Source: Escherichia phage kvi. Taken from it: a DNA stretch of 64,000 nucleotides. The translations under genes and the position numbers were made by a program. Below, piece by piece: positions 8,812 through 18,221 of this stretch (position 1 is the first letter of the stretch; each line of letters begins with the position of its first letter). The notes beneath the pieces are model-generated. The model ran no database searches and was not told the DNA's origin. It was given only the letters and a program-made list of their open reading frames with translations. The stretch lies in the sequence record MN850615.1; one strand, written 5' to 3'.

Positions 8812-10203
8812 TCAAATATAGTCTACTCGATACCTCGCACGGGTAACACCAACATATAATAACTGCATTGCCAATTCAAAGTCAACATTATCTGTACACA
8901 TGCAAGGGGTATACAGGAACACGCGGTCTACGCTGATTCCTTGTGACTTATGAATAGTGCAAGCTGGTAATGCTTTTACATTCAAGAACATACGCTTCAT
9001 CGTCCAGAAAGAATCCCAATCCGGTTTAAAATTCGGATTCTCTTTCTTCATTTCGCGATATTGTCCGGCGACCGTATTCAGATAGATAGAGAAAATGTTC
9101 TTCTGACGTTGTTCTGTCAGAATGTTGATTTCTACTAAATCTGGTTTATCTGTAGTTATTCCGACTGCATCTAAACCGACTTTCTGATTTAGGATTTCTT
9201 TGTCTTCGTCATCATCGACGCTTTCCACTTTCAGAGTATATCCTAAAACTGGTTGCGGATCTACCCCCGTGCAACGTAATGTAAATTCGCGCGGTATAAC
9301 CTCTTTAACTCGGATCATCTCACCATTGTTAAAAATAACATTGGGGATCTTCTTCCCGCGTTCATCTCGCAGATATTCGATCAATGGTTCCTGAGTAACC
9401 AGAATTTCATCTACAATCACTGGTTCATCGGTGTTATAAACGCGCTTACGTACAATTTCATTGAGTTTTTCGACGCTCTTGTTAGTGTAAGCCAGAATAC
9501 GGTTTTCTAGAAGGTCTTCCGGCGTTTTAACGGTTTCGAAATAATGCTTCATAAACTCCGGCAGAGTTGAGCTATGGAATACACCCTCGTTACCGCACTG
9601 CTTTTCGAATACCCATTTACCATTACGGACAGCGGTCGCCACATCAATTATTGGCGCATTAGATCGTTTAATCTCTGTAAGTTCTACATTCTGAAACCTT
9701 TCATCGGTGAAGAAAGGAGAGATCGACGTTGCGCCGCTCGGATCAACTGGTCGTAACTGGTACAGATCACCCACGGCAATAATAACAATTCGACCGTTGA
9801 TACTCTTCATGAGAATATCAAATAGTTTCTTATCGACCATACTCGCTTCATCAACAATGATGATCTGAACATCATCTAGCTTAGGAGTATCTTTTTGCTC
9901 AAATACTTGAGTATCTTCATAGTTGGTCGGGTTTAGTCGCAGTAGTGCATGTAAAGTAAATGCTTGACGACCTACCGCTTTACTCAAAACTTTTTTAGCC
10001 TGGTGGGTAGGCGTTGCCAAAACCACACCAGTTACACCACGGCGGACCATTTCCTGAACAATGAATTTCATCATTGCGGTTTTACCAGTACCCGCCGCAC
10101 CACGGACAGTTGTATGCTTCTTTTGTTCAATGCGTTTCATTAGAACATCAAAAGCATGTTTTTGCCCGTCTGTTAACATATCGAAAGTTAATACTCTGCT
10201 CAT
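8812..10203 (-). CDS. dda: Dda DNA helicase (SF1)
   Basis: 463 aa; colinear with T4 Dda as recalled (GAAGTGKT Walker A, …VKRSNAPIIDVATAVRNGKW…, …LLYVGVTRARYRVDYI). Confidence 0.93.
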   Translation of the reverse strand: MSRVLTFDMLTDGQKHAFDVLMKRIEQKKHTTVRGAAGTGKTAMMKFIVQEMVRRGVTGVVLATPTHQAKKVLSKAVGRQAFTLHALLRLNPTNYEDTQVFEQKDTPKLDDVQIIIVDEASMVDKKLFDILMKSINGRIVIIAVGDLYQLRPVDPSGATSISPFFTDERFQNVELTEIKRSNAPIIDVATAVRNGKWVFEKQCGNEGVFHSSTLPEFMKHYFETVKTPEDLLENRILAYTNKSVEKLNEIVRKRVYNTDEPVIVDEILVTQEPLIEYLRDERGKKIPNVIFNNGEMIRVKEVIPREFTLRCTGVDPQPVLGYTLKVESVDDDEDKEILNQKVGLDAVGITTDKPDLVEINILTEQRQKNIFSIYLNTVAGQYREMKKENPNFKPDWDSFWTMKRMFLNVKALPACTIHKSQGISVDRVFLYTPCMCTDNVDFELAMQLLYVGVTRARYRVDYI

Positions 10204-10517
10204 TATCCTAAAATCCTCACCTTGCGAACACAGATAGTATTGAGTTCTCGCCGTACCCGTTCTTTTTCATATTCAGGAATTTTATATTCGATACCATCCC
10301 GAACAATTTCAGAAGACCGGATTATGCCAAATTTTCGTTTAGGTACAACCTTGTATTTCGGTTCACCCGCCAATAGACTCTCACAATAATCTATCTGATC
10401 ACACATTGACGCTAACGCAGCATCATGTGTTTCGCAAGTTAGGACGCGACCTTTCGCGTCCACTGAGTATTGAAAGAATCCGTCTTTATCACGATAACAT
10501 ACAGCAAATACATGCAT
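10203..10517 (-). CDS. hypothetical protein (104 aa; dda.1 position)
   Basis: minus-strand ORF, ATGA overlap with dda. Confidence 0.45.
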   Translation of the reverse strand: MHVFAVCYRDKDGFFQYSVDAKGRVLTCETHDAALASMCDQIDYCESLLAGEPKYKVVPKRKFGIIRSSEIVRDGIEYKIPEYEKERVRRELNTICVRKVRILG

Positions 10518-11272
10518 TATAAACCTACCTTCGCTTTCATCAATTCAATCCACGACGCATCAATCGGAAGCCCGTATTTCACGCGTTCTTTTTGTGCTGG
10601 CGTTAAGTTCTCATACTTAGAAAGAGATTCAATCAAAACGCTGGTATATTTTAGCACGATTTCGGTATTGTTTGCAATAGCCTTAAGTTTTTCTTCTTTC
10701 TTGTTGATTTCGCTAAGGGCTTGCTTGAGATCTGCAATTTTCTGATAACGTTCTTCCATACGGAAGAGAGTATTTTTAATCGCTCGCTCGGCTGCCTCTG
10801 CTTTCTCCGGTTCGTTGTGCTTTTTGTGGCGCTCGATTGCTAATTTCTTTTCTTCGATTGCCATTTCCTGATTTTTGATGCGATTCTCGTTAAGTTCGAT
10901 CCACTCGATGTACTTCGCACGTAGGGCAATTTCATCATCAGAAAGTTTACCGTTAGTTCCTAGTTCCTGGATCTCTTTAAGAGATTCGATAGTGTGATTG
11001 CCACGGAAAGAATTGTATTTCAGTTTAACCGGAATTACATTGCCATCAACATATCCCAGATTGCAATCAATGCGCTCTAAGGAGAGTCCGTCATCACCTT
11101 CACCGAAAGCCTCACCTGAATAGGCACAATGAGTCTGGCGGTAAATGTTACGAACAGTGACTAAGCTCATAGAGAAGTCTTTGTTGCGACGTGAAGCACC
11201 AGCCATGATAGAGTTCAGCCGGAAAACAACCAACGCCAATTCTTCGTTAGATTTAAAAGCAAACAGTTTCAT
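10517..11272 (-). CDS. hypothetical protein (251 aa) with coiled-coil C-terminus; Srd-like by position and size only
   Basis: position after dda as for T4 srd; no sequence-level confirmation possible here. Confidence 0.45.
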   Translation of the reverse strand: MKLFAFKSNEELALVVFRLNSIMAGASRRNKDFSMSLVTVRNIYRQTHCAYSGEAFGEGDDGLSLERIDCNLGYVDGNVIPVKLKYNSFRGNHTIESLKEIQELGTNGKLSDDEIALRAKYIEWIELNENRIKNQEMAIEEKKLAIERHKKHNEPEKAEAAERAIKNTLFRMEERYQKIADLKQALSEINKKEEKLKAIANNTEIVLKYTSVLIESLSKYENLTPAQKERVKYGLPIDASWIELMKAKVGL

Positions 11273-11300
11273 AATTGATTCTCCTTAGTTGGCATGTGTG

Positions 11301-11330
11301 TATTATTGTCTATCTGGTTTGTGCTGTCAA
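11301..11330 (-). promoter_or_regulatory. sigma70-type early promoter
   Basis: TTGACA (11330-11325) with AT-rich -10 (AATAAT/ATAATA) 17-18 nt downstream. Confidence 0.4.
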
Positions 11331-11333
11331 CAC

Positions 11334-11837
11334 TTAAATTAAAGAAAATTTGTAAATCTCTATCAGATCGCCGTTACACGCGTAAACTTCCTCGATCTCA
11401 TCAAGGATCATGGTCGTCCCTGTCTTGTATATGCACTCGCGCTCATCTGCCAACATAGCATACAAAGACAGTCGAGTAGTCGGATTGTCATACTCTTTAG
11501 ACACCACTCGGTCAATAGCATGTTCGTAATAATTCATGCAAGGCTTGGTAGGTTTTATTGCAATAATCTTTCCTGTTGCATAAACATCGGTCGCAAAGTC
11601 CTCTGCTGTTGATTGCAGTGGCGTAAAGCTCATAGGACGCTCTACAACGAAAGAATCGCCTACAATTAAGGTATCCAGCTTACGACCTTCTCTTTTGCTC
11701 ACACCGCGATACAAGGCTTCATGATGCACTAACCGCTCAGTCTTTTCGATCAATCCATTAAGGATCGACATATCGATATTTTCTTTAGAGTTCATCACTT
11801 CATCAATGATGTTAAGTTCTTCTGGTGTAAATTGCAT
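11334..11837 (-). CDS. possible ADP-ribosyltransferase (ModA/ModB-like R-S-E motif)
   Basis: 167 aa; candidate catalytic triad …ALYRGV…, …SFTPLQST…, …ERECIYK…; T4-syntenic mod position; weak. Confidence 0.3.
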   Translation of the reverse strand: MQFTPEELNIIDEVMNSKENIDMSILNGLIEKTERLVHHEALYRGVSKREGRKLDTLIVGDSFVVERPMSFTPLQSTAEDFATDVYATGKIIAIKPTKPCMNYYEHAIDRVVSKEYDNPTTRLSLYAMLADERECIYKTGTTMILDEIEEVYACNGDLIEIYKFSLI

Positions 11838-11870
11838 AATAAAAAAGCCTCCAATCTTTCGACGGGAGGC
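11838..11870 (-). terminator. rho-independent terminator-like hairpin overlapping the RBS of the next gene
   Basis: GCCTCC…GGAGGC stem (11847-11870) followed on minus strand by UUUUUU; the GGAGG arm is also the likely RBS for the ATG at 11837. Confidence 0.4.
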
Positions 11871-11899
11871 ATAATAAAACCATTATAGAGTAGTGTCAA
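11871..11899 (-). promoter_or_regulatory. sigma70-type promoter immediately upstream of the terminator hairpin
   Basis: TTGACA (11899-11894), 17-nt spacer, TATTAT (11876-11871). Confidence 0.35.
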
Positions 11900-11906
11900 C
11901 TAATTT

Positions 11907-12431
11907 TTAGTAGCCTCGTTCTTGACGGGCGAAGTTTTCAGCATTTTTCAGATAGTACAGAATAAAGAGTTCTTGAGCGTCAATACCCAGCGGGATCATC
12001 TTTGACAGAATGAAGTGGATAGCGTCCACAAATTCAAATTTCACTTCAAGCTGATCTTCCGGTGACAGTTCAGAGAATTTACGCGCTCGCGCTTCCCCGT
12101 GGTTCTTTTTCCACATTTTCCAGATTGCACTTGCATCTTTACCATTGGACATTCCACCCAGCGATGTGTAAAGCTCTCGTGTTTCGTCTGCGATAGCGTC
12201 ATCCATCCGCTGCATCCAATCCAGCATTTCACCGCAAGTCTCTAGCTTAGTTGGATTTGGGACCCAATCAAATTTTTCGGATAGTGCAACCTGCAAACCA
12301 GTTTGCATTTCGAGCATCACCTGAAACGGATCTTTACCTTCTGCAATCGCGTGATGATATGCGGCGATAGCCGCGTTAATATCTTTTTCGTTAACCAGAC
12401 CAGCACAAGAATTAAATTCTGACATATTCAC
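11907..12431 (-). CDS. MazG-like nucleoside triphosphate pyrophosphohydrolase (T4 gp56 dCTPase position)
   Basis: 174 aa; acidic EExxE-like motifs (…ETRELYTSLG…, …EDQLEVKFEFVD…); sits just downstream of primase gene 61 as T4 gene 56 does. Confidence 0.5.
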   Translation of the reverse strand: MNMSEFNSCAGLVNEKDINAAIAAYHHAIAEGKDPFQVMLEMQTGLQVALSEKFDWVPNPTKLETCGEMLDWMQRMDDAIADETRELYTSLGGMSNGKDASAIWKMWKKNHGEARARKFSELSPEDQLEVKFEFVDAIHFILSKMIPLGIDAQELFILYYLKNAENFARQERGY

Positions 12432-12439
12432 CTCATTAA

Positions 12440-13468
12440 TTAAAATTTACAATATTTCATAAACCGCATTTTAGCCATCAGACCTTGTACGGTGTTCTCT
12501 TTGATATATTCCATGATCTGGTCGCGTGTAGCGCCCTCGTCCTGAATCATGGCGTTAACGTCTTTAGAATGCCACGGGCAACGGTCCCACAAAACAATCT
12601 TTTCCCCTGCATTGATAAACTTTTCCAGTCGGTGCATTGTATCGGCAGACCGTGGTTCCGCATCAAGTACAAACACTCGCTGATCAGGGAAAGGAATTTC
12701 ATCTAATCCCAAAGTACCGCCAGTAATTGCACACCCGTTATCAATAAACAATGAATCGATCGGACCTTCTAAGAAATACACTGGTTTACTCGGATCGGCG
12801 CGTTCAAGACCATAGACCTTACTCGCTAACTCATGAGTTTTAATCGTCATATATTTGGTCTTTCCGTAATCCTTTCTCAATGCTCGCCCCTGAATGGATT
12901 CTATCTTGTTCTCGCGGTTAAAGATAGGAATCACTAAACGCGGTTCAGGTTGTGGATTCTTGAAAGTATCAGCCTTAATGTGATTTGCTACCTTTTGCCA
13001 TTCTCTCGTGAAATACAGAAGATCCCATTTATCGTGAGGAATACAGCGATCACTGACATACTTTATTATAGGATGATTAGCCGGAAGAGTATCTAATCTC
13101 TCGCAGAAAGGCAATGTTTGCACTTTCTTAATCTCCGGCTTTTCTACCTTTTTCAGTGGCTTGAACGTGGTGTTCTTGTGGTCGCCTTGTTCCTTCCGTC
13201 GTTCTATAAGCCATTCCCTGAATAGGTCCGGCTTATACTGTTTGAGAAATTCACCTAACGGCTGATTGTAGTTACAGTTGAAACAGCCGCAACGCAAACT
13301 ATCCTTATAGGTATAGATACGGAATCGCGCTTGAGTATGATTTTTCTTTGAGTCACCGCAGATCGGACAACTACAGACCAGCGTAAATGAGCTAGTATGC
13401 AACCGTTTAAAATTTCGTTCGCCGTATATGGCTTTTTCCGCTATTTCATAATCTGCGTAGTAAATCAT
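12440..13468 (-). CDS. 61: DNA primase
   Basis: 342 aa (same as T4 gp61); N-terminal zinc ribbon (CPICGDS…CGCFNC) and TOPRIM-like core; synteny with gene 41. Confidence 0.9.
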   Translation of the reverse strand: MIYYADYEIAEKAIYGERNFKRLHTSSFTLVCSCPICGDSKKNHTQARFRIYTYKDSLRCGCFNCNYNQPLGEFLKQYKPDLFREWLIERRKEQGDHKNTTFKPLKKVEKPEIKKVQTLPFCERLDTLPANHPIIKYVSDRCIPHDKWDLLYFTREWQKVANHIKADTFKNPQPEPRLVIPIFNRENKIESIQGRALRKDYGKTKYMTIKTHELASKVYGLERADPSKPVYFLEGPIDSLFIDNGCAITGGTLGLDEIPFPDQRVFVLDAEPRSADTMHRLEKFINAGEKIVLWDRCPWHSKDVNAMIQDEGATRDQIMEYIKENTVQGLMAKMRFMKYCKF

Positions 13469-13477
13469 ATTAACCTC

Positions 13478-13681
13478 TTATAGCTCAAATTTCATGAAAG
13501 TTCCCACACTTTCATTTTCATTCTCTCCGTTCTCATCTAAGCCAAATTTGTAGACACTACCATCTGGCGATGTGTAAGAGAATACACGAAAACGGCCTAC
13601 CGAATCAAGTTCTGTAAATTCATATTCTTTTCCGGCTTCAAAAAGTGCATATGTGCTTTTAAGACATTTCATCGTAATCAT
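13478..13681 (-). CDS. hypothetical protein (67 aa)
   Basis: minus-strand ORF upstream of primase. Confidence 0.4.
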   Translation of the reverse strand: MITMKCLKSTYALFEAGKEYEFTELDSVGRFRVFSYTSPDGSVYKFGLDENGENENESVGTFMKFEL

Positions 13682-13821
13682 TTAAGCGCCACCGACAACA
13701 GAATGAGAACTACACCAACATACATTGTGATCTCGGATAACTTTTCTGTTTTTGTTTTGTGTCCAGATAATCCGAAAACAACAACACCGACAATAGCGGA
13801 CAGCAAGCCAACGATAAACAT
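13678..13821 (-). CDS. small membrane protein (47 aa)
   Basis: MFIVGLLSAIVGVVVFGLSGH…; ATGA overlap with downstream gene; weak RBS. Confidence 0.25.
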   Translation of the reverse strand: MFIVGLLSAIVGVVVFGLSGHKTKTEKLSEITMYVGVVLILLSVALK

Positions 13822-13828
13822 GATGATA

Positions 13829-14005
13829 CTAAGCACCGTCTTTCTCCTTTTTGCGTTTTTCTTTACCCGCTACACTAGGTCCACGATTGGTAATAGATCC
13901 GCTCGTTTCCCCTGCTGCGATCTTCTCAGGATTGCCGCCAGCATCGCCAGCGGTCATATCTTCTTTGAGTTTATTTTCTTCAACAAACTGTTTAAATCCA
14001 ATCAT
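13829..14005 (-). CDS. small basic protein (58 aa)
   Basis: ATGA overlap with the upstream gene stop; below track cutoff. Confidence 0.25.
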   Translation of the reverse strand: MIGFKQFVEENKLKEDMTAGDAGGNPEKIAAGETSGSITNRGPSVAGKEKRKKEKDGA

Positions 14006-14379
14006 AGAATAATCTCTTTCAGTAAGTCAACAATCTGGTCTTTCGTCAGTTTATCCTGATTCTCTACAATCTTGATAACACAAGCATTAACATCTTTTCG
14101 AGTCACGCGGGAGATCGTTTTAATACGATGAAACGGTTCGTAGAAATATACTGCTTCATTATAGAGCGCAGCAATTTTTCGACGCATTTGATCTTTATCT
14201 GACAAGAAAACAAGTGCTGTTTTATGACCTTCTACACCCGCCACGTTATATAGTTCAGCAACACCCCAGCGACCTTCCGGTTCAATCATTCCGGCGTGTT
14301 TACCGTCGATAAAAATAAGAATATCTCCGTTGAATGCGGTTTTGAATGCTACATCTTCCGGCGTAATCATATTTTTCAT
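14002..14379 (-). CDS. hypothetical protein (125 aa)
   Basis: minus-strand ORF in the 61-41 interval. Confidence 0.45.
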   Translation of the reverse strand: MKNMITPEDVAFKTAFNGDILIFIDGKHAGMIEPEGRWGVAELYNVAGVEGHKTALVFLSDKDQMRRKIAALYNEAVYFYEPFHRIKTISRVTRKDVNACVIKIVENQDKLTKDQIVDLLKEIIL

Positions 14380-14409
14380 AATATCGTCTCCTTAGAGTTT
14401 CATTATAGA

Positions 14410-15045
14410 TCAAGCGAATGTAGAAAGCAAACGTTTTGTTTCTTTCAGTTGTCGTTCAAGATCTTTGCGTTTCTCTTTAAGTTGCATTTTAGCATTATTT
14501 CGCTCTCTTGTAACCTCTTTATCAATGCTCTTATTCCAGTTATCAATATCAGAATAAGTTGGCATACCCAATTCTAGACCTAATGCGGTTGGATACAGGG
14601 TAACAGTCCATAAACCGCTAATCTTCTTAAATAGGTCGGGGTGTAGTGTACTATCTACATCTTCCGGTGTCAACTCTTTTTCTTCTTTCAGTGGTGGGAT
14701 CTCGTCATATGGTTCCAGTGCATTTACTTTAATATCAGATACCTCATCAAAGAATCCGCGTACATCCGCAGGAAATACACAAGCAATTTCCCAACCGTGA
14801 TCACGCAGAGAAGTAATATTTTTCACTCCCCCACCATGTGTGATGATTGATGTGACATTGCCATCAAGGTCCACCGAATTTACGAGAAATGGCTTATCGT
14901 CTGTCAGATCATTATAAAACTGTGCTTCGGCTGTAGTCATCTCCAGAAACAGATCTCGGATCGGACGACCATCAGGTGCGTTACCTTCCTTGAGAGTATA
15001 AAAGCGACTTACGATCCATTTTGGCGGTAAAGCATTAGCGATCAT
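14410..15045 (-). CDS. hypothetical protein (211 aa)
   Basis: minus-strand ORF in the 61-41 interval; basic coiled-coil-like C-terminus. Confidence 0.45.
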   Translation of the reverse strand: MIANALPPKWIVSRFYTLKEGNAPDGRPIRDLFLEMTTAEAQFYNDLTDDKPFLVNSVDLDGNVTSIITHGGGVKNITSLRDHGWEIACVFPADVRGFFDEVSDIKVNALEPYDEIPPLKEEKELTPEDVDSTLHPDLFKKISGLWTVTLYPTALGLELGMPTYSDIDNWNKSIDKEVTRERNNAKMQLKEKRKDLERQLKETKRLLSTFA

Positions 15046-15073
15046 GTTATATCTCCTATCAAATCATTCACCA

Positions 15074-15089
15074 GCGCCCCGTAGGGCGC
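15074..15089. other. GC-rich hairpin GCGCCC-CGTA-GGGCGC between gene 41 and the next gene
   Basis: perfect 6-bp stem with tetraloop; U-tract follows on the plus strand only; function unclear. Confidence 0.3.
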
Positions 15090-15095
15090 ATTTTA

Positions 15096-16508
15096 TTAGA
15101 AAGTCATGTTATTTGCTAGCTCGTCGAGTTTTTCTCGTTTCTCGGCTTGCTGTGCGCTTTGTGGTTTAACTTGTGCATTCTCCTGATCTGCGATCTGGTT
15201 TGGGACTTCATACCAACGCTGATTGCCTTTTTTCACACCAACGTTAAACCGTGAATAATAGTTCTTATCACCGTAACGAGACTTGATCTGCTTCATGAGT
15301 TGGACGCCCATTTTAGCCAGGTCTTCGGTTTCGATAACACCCAACATAAAGTCGGCAGTAGCCGGAAGACCTGCTGATTCAGCGGTATCACTCATGTTAA
15401 GGTCGGAAGCATCCCAACCAGCACGGGTAGTTTGTGCCGCAGTCCAACCAACAACATCCCACTTAACAAAAAATCCGCGAAGTTCTTCCGCAATCGCTTT
15501 AACGAGAGTGTAGCTATTCTCAGAGTATACACGCAAGCGAGACGATGCGCAAATCCCCAGATAGTCAACAATCACAACATCAGGTTTAAACTGTTTCTTG
15601 AGTCGCAATTCATTCATTAACGCCTCAAAGTGATTGGAGTTCGCGCCACCAGTCGGATACTGCTTGATCATCAATTTTCCAACCGGACGATCTCCGATCT
15701 TCTTATTCTTAACACGCTTCATACGTGCGGAATATTCCGCAAAAGAAACATTACCATTATCCAATTCATCTAATGTAATGTCAAGCAAGTTTGCGTCGAT
15801 ACGTTTGGCTACGACATGCTCTGCCATCTCCATTGAGATATACAATACATCATAACCACATTCCATATAATCCGCAGCAAGAGAACATAATCCAAGCGAT
15901 TTACCAACATTTACACCAGCAAGCAACACATTTAGCGTTTTTCTTTCCGCACCTCCTTTCGTGATTTTATTCAACATCGGCAGCTTAAACGGGATCTTAT
16001 TCGCCTTAGTCTGATATAGCAAGAATCGTTTTTCAAAGTCATTAAACCAGTCATGACCTACATCAGAATCAAACGTAATGGATAGTGCTTCCTGCATGAT
16101 CTCAGGAATAGCACCCTCACTCGGCAATTTCTTATTCTGTTTCTCTTTTGGTAGTTGTGCGTTCGCCTGAATCTCTAGCGCCCGTGACATTGCATTATAC
16201 ATGGCACGGTCACGAATAAATTTTTCGGTTTCCTTCATTAACCAATCAAGGTCTTCCGGTGTATTCTCAAGCGAATCAAGAAGAGTTTTAGCCCCTTCAT
16301 ATGTTGTCTGATTGCCTCTCTCCTTGTCTAAAGCAATCTGTAATGCAGTTGGCGTAGGAATGTTGGAATATTCGTCTACGTGCTTTTTAATCAGCTTATA
16401 AATCAGTTTTTCTTCGTCTTCGGTGAAGTAGTCCGCTTTAAGGTGAGGCCATACATTCGTAAAGAATGCGCCATTGTAAATCAACTGTGAAAAGATAGTT
16501 TTAATCAT
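15096..16508 (-). CDS. 41: replicative DNA helicase (DnaB-like)
   Basis: 470 aa; Walker A GVNVGKS and RecA-like core; adjacent to primase and uvsX as in T4. Confidence 0.92.
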   Translation of the reverse strand: MIKTIFSQLIYNGAFFTNVWPHLKADYFTEDEEKLIYKLIKKHVDEYSNIPTPTALQIALDKERGNQTTYEGAKTLLDSLENTPEDLDWLMKETEKFIRDRAMYNAMSRALEIQANAQLPKEKQNKKLPSEGAIPEIMQEALSITFDSDVGHDWFNDFEKRFLLYQTKANKIPFKLPMLNKITKGGAERKTLNVLLAGVNVGKSLGLCSLAADYMECGYDVLYISMEMAEHVVAKRIDANLLDITLDELDNGNVSFAEYSARMKRVKNKKIGDRPVGKLMIKQYPTGGANSNHFEALMNELRLKKQFKPDVVIVDYLGICASSRLRVYSENSYTLVKAIAEELRGFFVKWDVVGWTAAQTTRAGWDASDLNMSDTAESAGLPATADFMLGVIETEDLAKMGVQLMKQIKSRYGDKNYYSRFNVGVKKGNQRWYEVPNQIADQENAQVKPQSAQQAEKREKLDELANNMTF

Positions 16509-16822
16509 ACATAGCCCCCAACTACACGCATAACAAAGGTCTTGAGTTTATACCAGAAAGTTTCTTTTTTCAACTTTTCTTCTGCTTCTTTGATCTGCGC
16601 GGTTAACGCCTTAATGACGTGTGGATATACCACATCACGATCTGACGGCGTGGAGTAGTCGACCACAATACCTTTAGTGTCTGGATCGTATTCAACATTA
16701 TGAATATAGACAATATGATGTTCTCCCTCTTCATCAACAATTATCAGTTCCTGAATAACTGTCTTCATTGCTTCTTGAATCAAGCCGTGTGCTTCTTCTA
16801 AACTTGTTGGTTTCTTATCCAT
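16505..16822 (-). CDS. gp40-like protein (by synteny between 41 and uvsX)
   Basis: 105 aa with hydrophobic C-terminus; position matches T4 gene 40. Confidence 0.4.
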   Translation of the reverse strand: MDKKPTSLEEAHGLIQEAMKTVIQELIIVDEEGEHHIVYIHNVEYDPDTKGIVVDYSTPSDRDVVYPHVIKALTAQIKEAEEKLKKETFWYKLKTFVMRVVGGYV

Positions 16823-16844
16823 AATATAATCCTCTCTAGATATG

Positions 16845-16864
16845 AAAAAGGGGCACGTAGCCCC
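16845..16864 (-). terminator. rho-independent terminator after uvsX
   Basis: GGGGC-UACGU-GCCCC hairpin followed by UUUUUC on the minus strand. Confidence 0.55.
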
Positions 16865-16877
16865 TTTACTACCATTG

Positions 16878-17948
16878 TTATGCTAACATATCTTCGATTT
16901 CTTTGTCAACTGCTTCGTCGCTGATCACTTGCCCCAGCTTATAATGATCGTTGATTGCTTCGTTAAACTTATCGTTTGTCAGAAGTGGTTTCCAGAACTC
17001 AATGCTATTGGTTTCTTTAGCACGGAACTTGCGTTCTTCGGTTTCCATCTCTCCGGTCTCGGTATTTAGGATTGAACGAGAATACCAGCCGTTTGACGGT
17101 TTCACTACCCAGCCTAACTCTACAGCCAATTCCAGCAACCCGGAATAAGGATCGATACCACCGCTAAATGTTACGCTAATCGGGAACTTAGATTTTTCTT
17201 TAACGGTTCGTGATTTTTCCGCATTCAGGATAAAATCATAACCAGTAATTTCGGTTCCTTCTTTCTGCTGACGACGACCAATAATGAAAACTTCATTGGC
17301 TGAATACATCGCGCCCGTACCGCCGGACATAACGGTCTTACTAAACATTTCTTGCGTTTCGTAAGTGTGGTTAATAGCGATGCACGGGATATCATTCATA
17401 GTCAGATACGGCGTAACCATACGGAACAAGCCTTTAAGTGCTTTAGCTCGCGTCATATCCTGCGCTGATTTCTCATTAATCGCGTCTTCAACTTCTTTTT
17501 TGCTTGCTAAGTTACCGATTGAGTCAATAAAGATGATCACTTTATCTTCACGGGTAATTTGCTCAAGCTGGTTCATGATTTCAAATTTCAGTTCTTCGAT
17601 GTTCTTGATTGGAACATGCACCACGCGATCAGGATCTACACCCATAGATTCAAGATAAGCGGACGTAATACCAAACTCAGAATCAAAGAACAAGCACGCC
17701 GCATCAGGATTCTGTTTCATGTATGCACTAACGCAAGTTAATCCCATGTTTGATTTAAAGTGCTTAGACGGACCAGCAAAGAAAATCAGACCAGATTGAA
17801 AGCCTTTTTTAAGATCACCTGAAAACGCAATATTCAGCATCGGGATCTTAGTGCGAGTATTTGTTTTTTCGTTAAAGAAGCTGGATTTAGACAGTACCGC
17901 AGTAGTTTTCAGGGTAGAGTTCTTTTTCAGTTTTTCCAGTACAGACAT
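16878..17948 (-). CDS. uvsX: UvsX recombinase (RecA/Rad51 family)
   Basis: 356 aa; Walker A FAGPSKHFKS, RecA-like core; T4 synteny. Confidence 0.92.
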   Translation of the reverse strand: MSVLEKLKKNSTLKTTAVLSKSSFFNEKTNTRTKIPMLNIAFSGDLKKGFQSGLIFFAGPSKHFKSNMGLTCVSAYMKQNPDAACLFFDSEFGITSAYLESMGVDPDRVVHVPIKNIEELKFEIMNQLEQITREDKVIIFIDSIGNLASKKEVEDAINEKSAQDMTRAKALKGLFRMVTPYLTMNDIPCIAINHTYETQEMFSKTVMSGGTGAMYSANEVFIIGRRQQKEGTEITGYDFILNAEKSRTVKEKSKFPISVTFSGGIDPYSGLLELAVELGWVVKPSNGWYSRSILNTETGEMETEERKFRAKETNSIEFWKPLLTNDKFNEAINDHYKLGQVISDEAVDKEIEDMLA

Positions 17949-17959
17949 TATTAATACCT

Positions 17960-18187
17960 CTATTCAGTTAATCCGTAATACTTTAATTGCTTCATTGTTA
18001 TTCGATCTTTGTAGTGCTCTTGAATTAACTTTTTCATCGCATCAACATCGATCGTCACAAATACTTCGTTGCTGTGATTTCCGTGAACTTTCTTGAAATG
18101 CTCTATGCCTTCCTCACGTTCACGTTTAATCTTTTCAATGTCTCTCATCGTATATTTCTCACGTTGGCGGGTATCGTCACCCAACAC
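17960..18187 (-). CDS. hypothetical protein (75 aa)
   Basis: only ORF between uvsX and gene 43, where T4 carries beta-gt, 42 and imm; start uncertain. Confidence 0.35.
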   Translation of the reverse strand: MLGDDTRQREKYTMRDIEKIKREREEGIEHFKKVHGNHSNEVFVTIDVDAMKKLIQEHYKDRITMKQLKYYGLTE

Positions 18188-18192
18188 CCGCC

Positions 18193-18221
18193 ATTATACA
18201 CACTTTATCTTAAATGTCAAA
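18193..18221 (-). promoter_or_regulatory. sigma70-type promoter inside the 3' end of gene 43
   Basis: TTGACA (18221-18216), 17-nt spacer, TATAAT (18198-18193); followed by a GGCGGGT…ACCCGCC hairpin. Confidence 0.45.

Noticed and set aside
10517-11272. HNH homing endonuclease assignment for the 251-aa ORF
   Set aside because: A stretch (…SLERIDCNLGYVDGNVIPV…NSFRGN…) looked superficially HNH-like, but the spacing and conserved His/Asn pattern do not fit; left as hypothetical and Srd-like by position only.
12041-12232. Minus-strand ORF of 63 aa
   Set aside because: Nested in an alternative frame inside the MazG-like gene; similar nested minus-strand ORFs at 5815-6024, 18458-18655, 18899-19084, 19775-19969, 25931-26131, 26507-26746, 30550-30807 and 52540-52725 were rejected for the same reason.
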